Source: Podarcis melisellensis (Eukaryota). Taken from it: a stretch of DNA of 64,000 bases. The notes beneath the pieces are model-generated. The model saw nothing but the letters and a program-made list of their open reading frames with translations, was not told the DNA's origin and searched no databases. Each line of letters opens with the position of its first letter. The first letter of the stretch is position 1. Position numbers and translations under genes: made by a program. The stretch is from the NCBI GenBank assembly GCA_964234715.1, contig OZ174288.1, one strand, 5' to 3'. Positions 26,649-40,251 of this stretch are shown here, piece after piece.

Positions 26649-28177
26649 GTTAAAATGGTAGCTCATTGTTGCGTTACCAAAGCGGAAGGCACTGATATAC
26701 AAAGGAGTCCATGGAGGGCATTCTGCCAAGATTGGAACCAGCCCTGACTGTCCTAGATGGAACTAGATGGCACTGCCTGTACTAGATGGGACTTTGGTCT
26801 GGCTCAGTCTAGCAATTCTTAAGACACCAGCTAGCAAAGGGGGGGAGGGGGAATGGCATTTGAAACCATCTATTAAGAACCCCACATAGCAACTGCACCA
26901 GTTCTGAAAAAGCTGTGGTTTTCCAGAAATCTGTTGGACTCTCATCAGCCTCAGCATGGTCAGTGATCTGAGATGATGGAAGTCAGTGTCCTGCGATGTC
27001 TGGAGGTCCACAGGTTCCCTATATCTGTGTTAAAGTAATTTACATTGTTAAGGTTTGCTCCAAGGTAAGTAGATACAGGACTGCAGTCTTAAGCTGCAAC
27101 TCTATATACACTTACTTGGGACTTACTTCTGAGTAAACATGAAATACAAAAACCATGTGTATGAAGGATAGATGAAGGCTTCATCAGACAAGCCAGTCTG
27201 AGAAATGTAAGAGTCTCTTCCCAAATTGGTGGCCACATCTGTGTTGCCAGAACTTATAAACATGGGGTGGAGGGGCAGCTGTCATTTCCACATCTTACTT
27301 CGTCTGACAAAACTATAAGTCTTTTCGCAATATTTCCCCCCAAAATATACTTGCAACTACCAAGACTACAAACTTGCATTTAAAAGAAGAAGAAGCTAGT
27401 CTTCTCAGGGCTGTAGCTAGAATCCAGGGACTCTATTGTGCCTTCTAATGATTTATGAAATAGGAAAGAAAGAAGATACCAGTCCAGGAAAAAAGAGAAT
27501 AGGAACTCTTAATCTACAACTGAAATTATTATAAATTTATTAGTAGTTCATTAACAATACAATCCAAATAAGGATGGGGGGGGAGAAATTCCATTCAGTT
27601 TGTATTTAAAGACAAATCTACCTAATTCACAGTTTACAAAACAACATGGGAACCAAAATACAGCCAACCTTTGAAAATCTCACTTTTCAGAATATTGCAC
27701 TGCAGCTTTCCAGTCATGTAATATGTATTTAAAAGGTGTAAAGGTGGCAGAAAAATTCAAAAATTAGTGAAAATGACATTGGAGGAGTTGCTTTGCAAAA
27801 ATGTGTGTATTGGGCAATACTACATAACCAAATGTGTATTTTAGGAGAGTTTTGCACTAAATTGCTTATTTATTTTCAGGAGGGCTTCTTTTTTAAAAAC
27901 AAAACAAAACACTAATGATATGCAGAGAACAAACCTAAAGACTGAAAAATGAGTAACTGTAAGAAACCGAAATTGATATGAGTCACCCATCCCTATGCTT
28001 CACACAGTGCAAAACTGAATGATGGGATTCAATACCACAAGGTGTAGTGATGGCTGCCAACTTGGATGGCTTTAAAAAGAAGGTTAGACCTTCTCCATCC
28101 TAAGCAGCATGCCTTTGAACACTACTAGCTAGGGAACAGCAGCAGGAGAGAGCTATTGCTCTCATATCACATTGTGG

Positions 28178-28410
28178 GAACTGGTGTGGTGTAGTGGTTA
28201 GAGTGTTGGACTAGGACCTGGGAGACCAGGGTTCAAATCTCCACTCAGCCATGCAACTCATTGTGTGAGCTTGGACCAGTCACCATCCCTCAGCCTGAGC
28301 TACCTTATAGAGCTGCTGGGGGATTCAGTGAAGGGGGAACCATGTACGCCACTATGAGCTCGTTGGAGAAAAAGGTGGGCTTATAAATGCAATGAATTAA
28401 ATAAATAAAG
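28178..28410 (+). mobile_element. tRNA-derived SINE (Squam3/MIR-like) nested in a CR1-like fragment
   Basis: TGGTGTAGTGGTTAGAG box A, GGTTCAAATC box B, (TAAA)n tail; it interrupts the CR1-like 3' UTR at 28000-28500. Confidence 0.75.
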
Positions 28411-29348
28411 TTCCTGTCTGTGAGCCCAGCAGAGGCTTCTGGCTGGCCACTGTGAGAACAGAAAGCTGCTGTAGATGTGTCTTTTGATTTAATCTACCTA
28501 TTCCTGATCTAGAAGCACTGCCTGAAAACATTTTAACCAAATCTGGCCTTCAGAGCAAAAAAAGGACACCCTGAAAATTGAAGATTTCTAACATCGTTAT
28601 CTTCAGAAATAATATTCATAATGCAATTGGTCCCCTCCAGTGGATCTCAGTCCATGTTTTCCCCCTTCTCTCCCTCTCCCTTATTCTCTTCCTCCCTGTC
28701 ATCCCCACCCCCCTATGGTGGTCACCTGCAAAACGAGCCATTGGTGCAGGTGGAAGTATTTTAATCAGCTGTTTATGCAAGTGAAAGGGGGGATACAAGG
28801 CAAACTGCACTTTCTGAACATTCACAGAGGCTGAAATGTTAGCTACGCACTAGGAAGGGGCTCCCGTTGACCTGACTGCTGCTGCCACCAGCTCCAGATT
28901 CAACACACACACACACACACACACACTCTTTCCAAATCCTGCGTGAGATTCTACTACAAAACCCCTGCAATCAGTATCACATGAAACAGGAGCTGGAAAG
29001 CACAAGATGTAATTTATATAAGGCACTAGAGGACTGCTGGTACCACCAGCTCCATGGATTAAGGGCGCACACATAATCTGCTCCAGTTCTACCGAGGCCT
29101 CTGAGGCAGGGATAGAATCCTCTCCACCAAGTGCTACTGTGTTCAGAGACAGAGTTGTCTAAATTTCCTCCAAAATCAGCCACTGAAAGAAGAAACGAAC
29201 CTGGCTGAGGTTCCCCACCTGATAACTTTCTGTCAGCTCAAGGAATCAGGAAGTTGGGAACAGGCTGGACATCCAATTGGGAAGTGCCTATGGAAGAAAC
29301 AGGAGGAAAGCACCAGTCGAGGAGGAAAAAGAGGCTAGGATATTGTTT

Positions 29349-29535
29349 GGGGCTCTGGCTCAGTGGCAGAGCACCTGCCTTGCAAGCATAAGGTCTTGGG
29401 TTCAATCCCTAGCATCTCCAGGTAAGGCTGGGAGAAAGCCCTGCCTGAAACCCTGGAGAGCTGCTGCCAGTCAGTGTACACAATACTGAGCTAGGTAGAC
29501 CAATGGTCTGCCTCGGTATAAAGAAGCTTCCTATT
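29349..29535 (+). mobile_element. tRNA-derived SINE (Squam2-like); further copies at ~7270-7430, 36945-37110, 61108-61260
   Basis: GGCTCAGTGGCAGAGCA box A, GGTTCAATCCC box B, family core CCCTGGAGAGCTGCTGCCAGTCAGTGTA. Confidence 0.7.
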
Positions 29536-29744
29536 TTTCCTATTCGATTTCTGCCCTACCCTTCCTCCCAAATAATCCCAGGGCAGCCCCCTGCCCCCCC
29601 CCCCCGGCTACACCAATGCACACATACACACAAAGAGAGATAGAATCTTAAAGAAAGAGATTGAGATTTCCCCACATCTTCTCAGTTCCCTGTACACTTA
29701 TTTCAAGAGTCTGGAATTAATGGTTCAGCATTCACATATCTCCT

Positions 29745-29860
29745 TCATAGAATCATAGAATTGTAGAGCTGGAAGGGAACCCCAAGAAATCTTTTGCCCA
29801 ACATGGGGCTCAAACCCATGACCCTAAAATTTAGAGTTTCATGCTGTACTGGCTAAGCTA
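29745..29860 (-). mobile_element. tRNA-Lys-derived SINE with CR1-type tail (degenerate)
   Basis: Same family as 42426-42571; (ATTCTATG)n tail on the minus strand. Confidence 0.6.
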
Positions 29861-32800
29861 CGCACAGGTTCTTTCCAGAGGAACTACGCAGCAAAAGCTC
29901 ATTGAACTGAGTTGCAAGGGACATTGGTGCAAGATCCGGCAACTACAGCATCCTTAGCAGCCATCCAGCCTCAAATTAAGAGCCCACCACTCCCAGAGGC
30001 AGCCAGTTCCACTGCTGAACAGCTGATACTGTTGGAAAGTTTAACCAAAACTTGCCTCCCTGCAATTTTCAAACCCTCTGAAGCAAAAACAAGTAGAGAA
30101 GGTTGGTTCATTTGGGCAAATGGAGCACTGGCCCCACCAACCTCACTCTGCCATACCTGTCTGCTTTCTTAAATACATCCAGTCCAGGAGGTGGTACAAG
30201 CCACCAGCTTCTTCCTCCTTAGTCTCAGCGTTGCCCTTGTAGAATTCAGCAGGGAGGAGAATGGGTGGGAATGAGCAGGAAATTAGTTGGCTCTGCCTGT
30301 CATTCGCTCTGGCGCCACCTACAGTTGGCCTCCCAGCCTTCTGCCCTACCAGTGCCAAGGAGCGCCAGCTGCAACTGGAACATGCCTGTGCCGTCTTAGA
30401 GGCTGACTACAAGAGGTATGCAAGTCAGCAACTCACAGGCTATGTGTCACTCATACTGATATGCTGCTTTCAGCCTGCAGACCACTGCCATGTGCACACA
30501 CATAGACATCCTTTTTACAGAGATGTCCCACTGCTGGATTCAAAAGGAAGAAGGAAGGAACCGATTTTCAACTCTCTCATCAGCTGATGAGACATTTATA
30601 AGAATAACGCTTCGTATGTATGTATGAAGGCTCCAGCTGGTAAGAGGGGACTGCAATGGCAAAAGCAAAGGACAGAAGCACCTTGGGTGGCAGAGCGTAG
30701 GAATGATGGGAGGGCAGGTATCCAAGACTAAACTGAATCCTCTCAGGCAAAGGGGGAACCCAGCAGCAGATTTTGTGATACAGAAGCACAGAAGTGTATG
30801 ATATGGTATTGCAGTGACATGAATAGGGCCGAACCTACCATTAGGCAAAGTGAGGCAACATATGTCCCCTCTGTGCTCTATACCTATTCCCCTCTTTTGA
30901 CCTGATTTCTTTTGCTGTTTCCGGTGTAGTGGACGAAGCTGATCCATTCAGCAGGTGTCCAAGCGACTGCCAGACCAGTTGGCTTCTATATATGGAACAG
31001 AGTGGGCAGGAGGTGAGGGAGTTGGCATCCTTCTCCTTTGTCTCAGGCGGCAACATTTCTTGGACTTGAGACACAACTGCACTAAGACAGCTCTGTGGCT
31101 GTTCAGTGTCCCCTCACTCCAAGTCCCTCAGGGAATATCAACCATGCCAACACTAAATATAAGCTGCAAGGAAGAGAGTGTGGCAGTTTCCAGACTGTCA
31201 CTATCTTGCAGGTATGAATCTGTGATATACTACCAGAAAATTTGGGTTGACTTAGGTGCTCTTGTGCTACAAACTTACTTTAAAAAAGAAACCTGATTAA
31301 TTTTTTTGTGATAAGAAAAGTATGGGGAAATGCACTGGAATTTGTGGCAACCCTAGGTGAGGTTATAACAACCTCTGTGCAAACAGATCAGAACAAGTGT
31401 TCAGCAAACAGTGGCTCTTTACAACCTCCCTGCAATTGTTGCACAAACAAGCCAGGATGAATGCTCAACAAACAGGTTGCCTGAAAGACCTAAGAGAGAG
31501 GAATAATGTAGTTGAGTTCACTCAGATTACTTGCTATGTGCAAGTTTCATTTCAAGAGGCTAGTATGTTGCAGTGCACATGAGTTAATGGGCAACAGTCT
31601 GTGCAAAGGCAGGGCTGAATGTTTGTGGTGTATCTCCACCTAATGATAGTCTGCCACAACCCAATACAGGAGGCTAAGCAATCTGGATTTGCAACCTGGT
31701 ACTATCTGCTTTGGGAGCAGTCAGATGAAAAGTTTTCATTATACTCAGTGTCCAACTGATTGCGCTGGTAGAAGCTGCTGTAATAAGAAAAATAAATCCT
31801 CTTTACCTTTCTCAGTCACAACCAACAACCTTGAATGCACTAGAAAGGATTTCTGTGAGCTTAGCTCACCCCCTGCTGGTTGCACAAAGATCCTCTGGCA
31901 GTTTTTCAGAGCACACATTATATGTATTAAGTTGATATTTTATATGAGCCTGCAATATGCGCACATGGCAGATGTGTGTTTCCATCTGCATGTGGGCATT
32001 TGTGTGCGTACATCTCAGGAAAGTGAGACTGGCCACCATCAGCAAAAGCAACCTTTCCCAGGCAGTGCTCCACAAAACATGCCAACATTCTTCCATAGCC
32101 TCCTTCCTACCATCTACAGGTGAGCCATTGTGCATCATTAAAACACTATAAAAAAAGCCATCTTGCTTAAAACTGCATTGATATTTGTGTGTGTGTGTAG
32201 CATTTTACACACACACACAGACACACAAACAGTTCTAAAGCACACAGAATTAATATTTATTCAAGCAAAGGTGTTCGGCTTTGGTTTTTTATGCAGTCTT
32301 AGCCATGCATAAAGGTGCATGCCTGCATCTTTTACTCTGCACCAAGGGAATACTGATGCAATCATGCGTATGATCACATCAAGATTGCTCTTTTGCCCTG
32401 CACAAATGCTAATGCATGGGAAGGAACTAAAAGCCATGGCAAGGAGTTTGTGCAAATGATTCTACACAGAATTTGAAGGATTTATTACATTCTGGTTCCA
32501 CTCCAAAACAACCAGATTTCAACTGCCTTTGCAATGGAAATACCGCCAGGGACCACTTATTAAAAAGATGGTTTGACAAATTATGGGAATTGCTTATAAT
32601 GGACAAAATATCCATGCAGATTAGAGCTGCTTCGCATCCTTATTTCATTTCACGGATGATTTATTGTGAAATGGATCCTGCCTCTAGGTCCCCATCTGGA
32701 ATGCTCTCCCTCGGGAAACATGCCTGGCACCATTGCTGCCAGCTTCTAGGCACTAAGCGAAGACATTTTAATTTACCCAGGCTTTTTGTGGTCAAGTTAG

Positions 32801-34234
32801 CCTCTACAGTGGTGCTTGTCTTTTAGTGGAGAGGGTTCAGTGATGCCATCGGGGGGGGGGAATGTGAGGGGACACAGGAAGGGCAGTATATATTAATGAC
32901 AGAGTACAGCAATGAGGGGGGGAATGTGGGGGGCACTTGCACAAACACCCCCCATCTGGCACTGCCCATGGGTAGGTTAGCATTTGTCCTTCTTGCTGTA
33001 TTGATGGATGAGGAATTTCGTATTGTAGGTCACTTTAAATTTAGCGTTTAATTGGTTTTATCAGTCTGTTTGTTATTTTGTTGCCAAGTTGCTTTGAAAC
33101 ATTCCTTTTTTTTTTTTTTACAAAGCAACTAACAAGGAAGGGTGTGTTGGTGTACATAGAAGCTAGTTTACTGTGCGATGTTAAAATTTAGATTTGTTGC
33201 TCTACTCATTTTTGCTTCCCCACTCTCTGCACTGGCCTGTGGCCTCCGAAAGGCTACCCAGATATAAATGCATCCTTTGGGCTGAAAAATGTTTCCCACC
33301 TCATCATGCAGAGCTCCCCAAAGATCATTCAGCCACAACGAGAATGCTATAGCAACAAAGGCTATGCACACACATTTTATTCTAGAATTTTTTCCTGTGT
33401 AGTCGATGCATAATCTAGATCGACTTAAAAAAAATAATTAAGTTTATTTGGGTTTTCAGATTTAAAAACAATCATAAAGAAAATAAATAAGACAATATCC
33501 ATAAATCCCCTTTGACTTCCCTCCTCCTGTTTTGTGGGCCTTATGTTCTCCTGCATCTTCTCTGTTAATCCAATTCTATTAAATCTTCCATAAAACCATA
33601 GTCCAACTTTTAACTACAACCGTCATTCCAATCCTGCTAATAGTTTTAATTGCTGCAATTTGTTTTTTGCCCCTAAGGAGCACTTCAATTAATTTCACTT
33701 CTTATGTTTCTCTGCCTCTTTTCACTCACACAAGTCACAAAGCTTCCAAAAACGAATAACAATAATACAAAAGAACATCACAATTACAACATAAACCATA
33801 TAAAATAATTAACAAATCATCAGTAAATCAATTACAAATCATAAGCAAAACAACCACTAATAAAGCACTATTAACAAAGCAACTAAAAAAATAGGCTAAG
33901 CAGCACAACCTCAAGAAAAGTCGTATTATGAAATCCACAAAGCATTACATCACTCATAATCCAGAAAACAACATTAACAACACTAACAAACTAACTTCTT
34001 GAGAAACTGGCTCCATTCAAAAAATAAGAGCTCATTGCAGGCTGATTCTGCATTACCTGGCAGTGTGTCCATTGAAAATAGATGAAAAGAGACACAAGCA
34101 GTTCCCAGGAATTGGGGGCAGAGGGTGGGGGAGCTAGCCACACCTGCCTAAGGATGTGGGTGGGCGTATACCAATATTGGATGAATCAGTTCCTTCTTGA
34201 TTCATCTGTGGCATGTTCAGCAGGGAGCGAAAGG

Positions 34235-34402
34235 CAGTGGCGTAGCGTGGGTTGTCAGCACCCGGGGCAAGGCAAGTAATTTGTGCCCCCTAACCCGTGG
34301 ATTTGCGCCCCCTAACCCGTGGATTTGTGCCCCCTAACCCTAACCCCCAGATGTTGTGCCAGGTGCGGCTGGCCCCCCTGCACCCCGCACGCTACGCCAC
34401 TG
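34235..34402. mobile_element. hAT (Tip100-like) MITE with internal CCCTAA-containing repeats
   Basis: Perfect 15-bp TIR CAGTGGCGTAGCGTG / CACGCTACGCCACTG; 8-bp TSD GCGAAAGG at 34227-34234 and 34403-34410. Confidence 0.9.
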
Positions 34403-34826
34403 GCGAAAGGTATGGATAATCTAATCAAGGGGAGCATTTTCAAATGCATTTTTAACTAACCACATCCCCCCTTGTGGGATGGCAGGATCTAGAAACAATT
34501 ACAGTGAAAGCAGAACGTTGAGTATAAGCATGGATGGTTCCAGGCTCGAACCTTACATTTTTGATCCAGAAATGAGCTAGTGTGGGCACAGCCCAAAGTT
34601 TCCTGTATCACTTCTCAGTAAGTGTTGCACAAGCCTTTGTGAGCAGTTCTTGCTTCTTTTCCCCAGATGCAGCAGGTAGCATTGTTTGCAATTGTCCTTG
34701 GCTGCTATAGTTTGCCAGGGAAAAGGCTGGCCTATAAATCAGAAACTGGAATCCTATTTACACTGATTACTATTGTAAGCACAATAGAATGCCAATGAAT
34801 TTGCGCATGAGTAAACATGAAAAGAA

Positions 34827-35176
34827 GGGACGCTGGTAGCGCTGTGGGTTAAACCACAGAGCCTAGGACTTGCCTATCAGAAGGTCGGCGATTCGAATCC
34901 CTGCGACGGGATGAGCTCCCGTTGCTCGGTCCCTGCTCCTGCCAACCTAGCAGTTTGAAATCACGCCAAAGTGCAAGTAGATGAATAGGTACCACTCCGG
35001 TGGGAAGGTAAATGGCGTTTCCGTGCACTGCTCTGGTTCGCCAGAAGCGGCTCAGTCATTCTGGCCACATGACCCGGAAGCTGTATGCCGGCTCCCTCGG
35101 CCAGTAAAGCGAGATGAGCGCCGCAACCCCAGAGTCGGCCACAACTGGACCTAACAGTCAGGGGTCCCTTCACCTT
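34827..35176 (+). mobile_element. Sauria SINE with 14-bp TSD
   Basis: Full-length; TAAACATGAAAAGA at 34812-34825 and 35177-35190. Confidence 0.92.
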
Positions 35177-36143
35177 TAAACATGAAAAGAGTTGAGCTGC
35201 AAAGAAATGGTGGACAAAGCACTAGCAATGGTTCAGTCTTGGCGCTGCACAGCAGTGAGACTAATCTGAGCAGGGGTGGTTAGCCTGTGACCCTCCAGAG
35301 CACAGCCCTCATCATTCCTGGCCATTGGGCACTAGGGTTGGTGAGAGAACATCTGGAGGGCCAAAGGGTTCCCCATCTCTAGAGTAAAGAAAGTGTTGCT
35401 TGGGTAGAAATAAGCATTTTGGCCACTAGATGTCTCTGCCGCTCTGCAGGCAGCAGGATTTGGGCTGAAATTTATTAGCCACTCTTTGAAGGCAAAAGAG
35501 ATTTCTCATACAAATAGGGTTTTAAACAATTCCCCCCTCCCCCCTATATCAGGCTGGATGCTAAGCAAGCAAGCAAGCAAGCAAGCAAACAAACAAACAA
35601 ACAAACAAACCCAAAACCCAAATAGGGGTGTAGAGAGAGAGATGAGGAGGATGATTTTTGTCTACTTTAGTACACGTTCAATTCCTCTTCCAAATTCTAA
35701 GCAACATTCATATATGGTAGAAATAGCAGAAGAGGTGCTCCAATTGTGCTTTTTGGCACAATTGTTGTATTTGGCACAATTTTGCCACAATTTTGGCACT
35801 CATTTCTTGTAACAAGGGCATTTGTAAGCCACTGCCTAGCTCTTGTTGCAAAAGAAGATCTTGCAAAAAGTTACGTAAACTTTAAGGACTCCATACCTGT
35901 TTTGCCACAGGAAACCAAGGGTGGAACAACACCAGGGTGTGGAAACAAATCTAGAATGCCATACAGTTTCAACACCAATGCCCATTGTCCCTGACCATTG
36001 GCTATGCTGGTAGCCTTAAGAGAGAAAGAGATGTGTCATTGCCAGCACACTGGGAAGCTCAAAAGGGAAGCCTTATTAACTCTGGCCCCCAAAACAGTTG
36101 CTGGGAGTATCAGGAATTGCTTACAAGCAGACCCCTTTCTCAC

Positions 36144-36350
36144 AAGTAGACCAACAACTCTTGGTTCCTCAACCTGTACTGAGCTGTCACTCTTCGGCTT
36201 GAATCTGAAGCTTTCGGAGGATTGAAGTGCCAGTAGTTCCACCTCCTCTTCGATAGTTTCAGTTATCAACCTAAGGGGATCCTTAGCATTGAATTCAGGG
36301 GGCCCTGCCTGCTCCTCAAGGTCCTTGATTTGTAGGGGTGTCTGCTCCAT
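36144..36350 (-). CDS. Candidate first coding exon of an unrecognised protein (MEQTPLQIKDLEEQAGPPEF...EEPRVVGLL)
   Basis: ATG in strong Kozak context (AGGATGG), 69 open codons, acidic protein-like composition, ending at a phase-0 donor CTT|GTGAGA. No homology recognised. Confidence 0.35.
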
Positions 36351-37349
36351 CCTCTGAAGACTCCACGGTCAGTGTCAGGCCAGGAGAAGGCAGGGCAGTT
36401 TGTTTCAGGCAACTGAAGATGTCTTTCTTCAAGACACGGGCACAGAAGGCCAGGAACAGGTGAGAGTAATGGAGACTTGAGTTTCATTGATTCACACACT
36501 GGCACAGAGCATTTATTAGCTCCCACTGTGTGCTGTGCTGGACTCCCGCTGCAGGTACAAGCTGTGATGTCCTATGAATGCATTTTGCCTTTCTGCCAGC
36601 AACCGAGACAAGCTGATGAATTCCAAACACCTAAAACACGGAGAAGGGCTCAGAAGCTTAGGCGTAGAGGCAGGAGTTCAGAGGCAGGAGAGGCTTCCTC
36701 TACGTTACAGCAAATCCACCTCCCCTTGCTGTTGTGCCTTGAGTTTCTTTTAGCAGAAATGGGGCATTTAAAGATGCCGCTCAGCCTTGTTTATTTTAAC
36801 ATTGGTTTTATTTATTTTACGTGCCTTCCAAGGCAAAGCCCTCCCAAGGCAGCTCAGAACGCAGAAATAAAATGCATGAAATCCACAACAATAACATTCC
36901 CCCAAATGCTTCGTGCCCAGAATCCTAGTGATACTGGAACATAGAAAGAGGCCTTATTCTAAGTCACTAGTCCATCTAGCTCAATATCGTCTACATTGAC
37001 ATGCAGTGCCTCTCTCGGGTTTCAGGCCGGGGACATTTCCACCCCATCCAAGGCTTGAACCAGGGACCTTCTGAATACAAGGCAGATGCTGTGCTGCTGA
37101 GCTATGGCACTTCAGTTGTGCACAACAACCCTGTAAGGTAGACCCACTTTTGAAATCCCAGTATTGCAGGTGGTGGTGGGGCAGAAGTCAAGAGATACCA
37201 GGCTTGTCTAAGGCTACCCATTGGGGCAACATATGAGCCAGGAGCTCTCAGCACACCCTCTTAGCTACTATTTTTGGATCAGATTCAATCACATGCCAGC
37301 AAACTCTGGCAAATACATATATTTATTTGGAGGGGTGTCCATGTTGTAA

Positions 37350-37701
37350 GGGACGCGGGTGGCGCTGTGGGTTAAACCACAGAGCCTAGGACTTGCCGAT
37401 CAGAAGGTCGGCGGTTCGAATCCCCGCGACGGGGTGAGCTCCCGTTGCTTGGTCCCTGCTCCTGCCAACCTAGCAGTTCAAAAGTACGTCAAAGTGCAAG
37501 TAGATAAATAGGTACCACTCCGGTGGGAAGGTAAAAGGTGTTTCCGTGAGCTGCTCTGGTTCACCAGAAGTGGCTTAGTCATGCTGGCCACATGACCCGG
37601 AAGCTGTACGCCAGCTCCCTCGGCCAATAAAGCGAGTTGAGCGCTGCAACCCCAGAGTCGGCCACGACTGGACCTAATGGTCAGGGGTACCTTTACCTTT
37701 A
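37350..37701 (+). mobile_element. Sauria SINE, full length, 11-bp TSD
   Basis: GGGACGCGGGTGGCGCTGTGG head, GGTTCGAATCCC box B, (ACCTTT)n tail; CCATGTTGTAA at 37339-37349 and 37702-37712. Confidence 0.95.
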
Positions 37702-38651
37702 CCATGTTGTAAATCCTCTATTGCTCCCTCTAACAGTCAACGCAGGTAGTGAGTGTTAACAAAAATGGAACCCAAGTTGAGAAATCTTGGGGGATCCTAA
37801 GGAGGCACCTTCGCCAACAGCAAAGCAGCCAATTGAGAACTGAGCATGCTTAATAGTCACAGAGGTCAAATATACACCATACATTCAAAATGCATGGCTT
37901 CTCCCAAACAATCCCAGGAACTGCAGTTTCGCACACAGTTACATTTCCCAGCACCCTTAACAAAGTACAGTTTCCAGCACTCTCCACATGCATTATATCT
38001 TGCTGAGGGGGCACCTTTTGCAACATCTCTTGGGCTGGCCTTGCTTCTGATGTTCACCCAAGTGCTTCAAGCCATTTCGCTGCAGCATCGGTTTGCTTTC
38101 ATCCTCATATTTGCTCTTTCAGCAGCATAAAGAAGGACCGGGAGAAGCGTATGACCTCGTTCCATGATGTCCCAAAACAGATATGTGCTGTTGGACTCTA
38201 TCTCCTCAACGACTGCTTGCCAAACACTATCCGGTCTCAGATTTCACATCTGCAAAGAGGTCATCGAGAAAGAGAGACAGAGAGGGAGAGAGAGCATCTT
38301 CAGATCATCTTGGCTCCTGATCAGTCCAACACAGACATATATATATGCATCAGGGTGCCCCAGGGATATGGTGCTTGGAGAACATAACAGGAGCTGAATG
38401 CCAGCTGCTTATACACTACCAAGGAGTTCATGGGGACTTATTTTCAGAATGGTTGTGTCCTTTCACTAGGAGGAAATGTGGCCAACACCTTTTGTGCCTA
38501 CACCGCAGACCCAGCGGATGCAAAAAATTAGTGGCATTTATTTACATTTCATCCCACATGCCACCAAGTCAGTGAATGGCAGATTGATGCCACAAAGGCA
38601 TAAGCAGCAAGCAAGATAACTTCAATAAAGTACAATAAATCAATAATCAAT

Positions 38652-38727
38652 AGAAGAAGAAGAAGAAGAAGAAGAAGAAGAAGAAGAAGAAGAAGAAGAA
38701 GAAGAAGAAGAAGAAGAAGAAGAAGAA
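38652..38727. repeat. (AGA)n microsatellite
   Basis: Direct reading. Confidence 0.95.
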
Positions 38728-39195
38728 AGATAGCAGAATTGTAACTTAAGGGGACAGGAATAAAATCAAGCTTTTTCTCACCCACCCCCACAAAAAAAAT
38801 ATAGGGGGAAAGGAAGAAACAGTGTTCCTGCTAATGATAAGCTCCACTCCTGAGAGACTTGGAGAATTTCTCCCTGGAGAATTTCTCCTTGGAGGAATTT
38901 CTCCTTGGAGAAATTTGGTAAAACGATTCCCCCCCCCCAACGATTCCTCCTCCCCAATTTCTTTGCCCACAAATAGGATGGAATATAGGAACATAGAAAG
39001 CTATCTCATACCAAATCGGAGCGTTGGTCCGTCTAGTGTTGGTCCATCCTGTTGACACCAACTCACTGGAGGTCCTGAGTTCTAGTGCTATGGGACAGGG
39101 AGAGGAAATTTTCTCTATCTGCTTTCTCCATGCTATGCACCATCTTATACACTTTTATTCTATCTGACTTTGAAGAAAGCTGTTTCTTGCCTGCT

Positions 39196-39468
39196 TGCAG
39201 CCTTGCCCTACGGGGCTCCTCTGCAAGACCAGAACAGGACACAATCCCTCAAGCCACATGGCCCTCAATAACAAGACATGTTACATGGATTTATAATGGT
39301 TCACTCAGGGTACCCTTTCTCTCTCCACCTCCCATCACCACTATCACAAACTATTCGGCAAAAGACCTGTGTGTATGGTGGGCATGCATGCTGCAAGCCT
39401 ATTGTGCGAAATGCAATTCCAAGAAAGAGAGATTTCCTCAAAATGTAAAGGTAACCATCCTGGCCCAT
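39196..39468 (+). repeat. 273-bp direct repeat, copy 1
   Basis: Matches 40252-40524 except for 3 transitions. Confidence 0.95.
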
Positions 39469-40251
39469 GCAGGGGAATCATTAGTCCTACCAGCTAAGGA
39501 GCCGGACCAAGTTCCTGGCTCTGAGCCTGATGCTGGTGATGTAAGGGGCCATTGGCCCAGCCCTAGCAGGCAGGGACCCATTGAACCAGATGCCACAGAA
39601 CCCTTTGAACCAGAGCCAGAAGTCATCCTTTCCTTGGGCCTGAGGAACTAAGTGATTCCCACTGTTCCTTGCCAGTGTAACAGCACATAGAGCGCACCAG
39701 GCCATACACACAGGCAAAGTACCCATCTACACACCAGAGGTTGGCTCTTAAGAGACTACCGGGGAACCTTTTGCCCTTCAGATGTTGCTAAACTCAAATT
39801 AGCATCATACCCAGCAAGAATGGTCAATGGCCAAGAATGATGGGAGTTGGAGCTAGCAACATCTGGAGGGCCAAAGGTTCCCCACTCTTGCTCTAGTTCT
39901 CCACAGGGAGAACTATTCTTCCTCTTGTCCCACTGCTTTCCCCCAAGGAAAACTACTCTTTAGAGCTTAACTAGAGCAAATGGCACTTCAGGTTTTCCCC
40001 AGATTGCCATTTGTTCTGACTTATCACTAAAGAGCAGGTTTTCCCTTGGAAAGGAGTGGGGCAAGGGGGAAACCGCTCAAACCCATGCCTACAAGGTGTG
40101 GGCCAACTGGAAAATCGCTTGGAGCCATGCTTTCTAGGCACAGCACAAGTGCAAGTCAGTTTAGTAAAGGTGGACTGGAGGCAGAGGGGTTAAAAGAGCC
40201 ACCTCCAGCCCTCATTGGAGCAAGTTGCTCAGCAGGAGCTCTCCATGGTGC

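Noticed and set aside
34278-34350. CRISPR-like or true telomeric array
   Set aside because: Eukaryotic DNA; the units are tandem without unique spacers and are internal to a MITE; only two adjacent CCCTAA hexamers.
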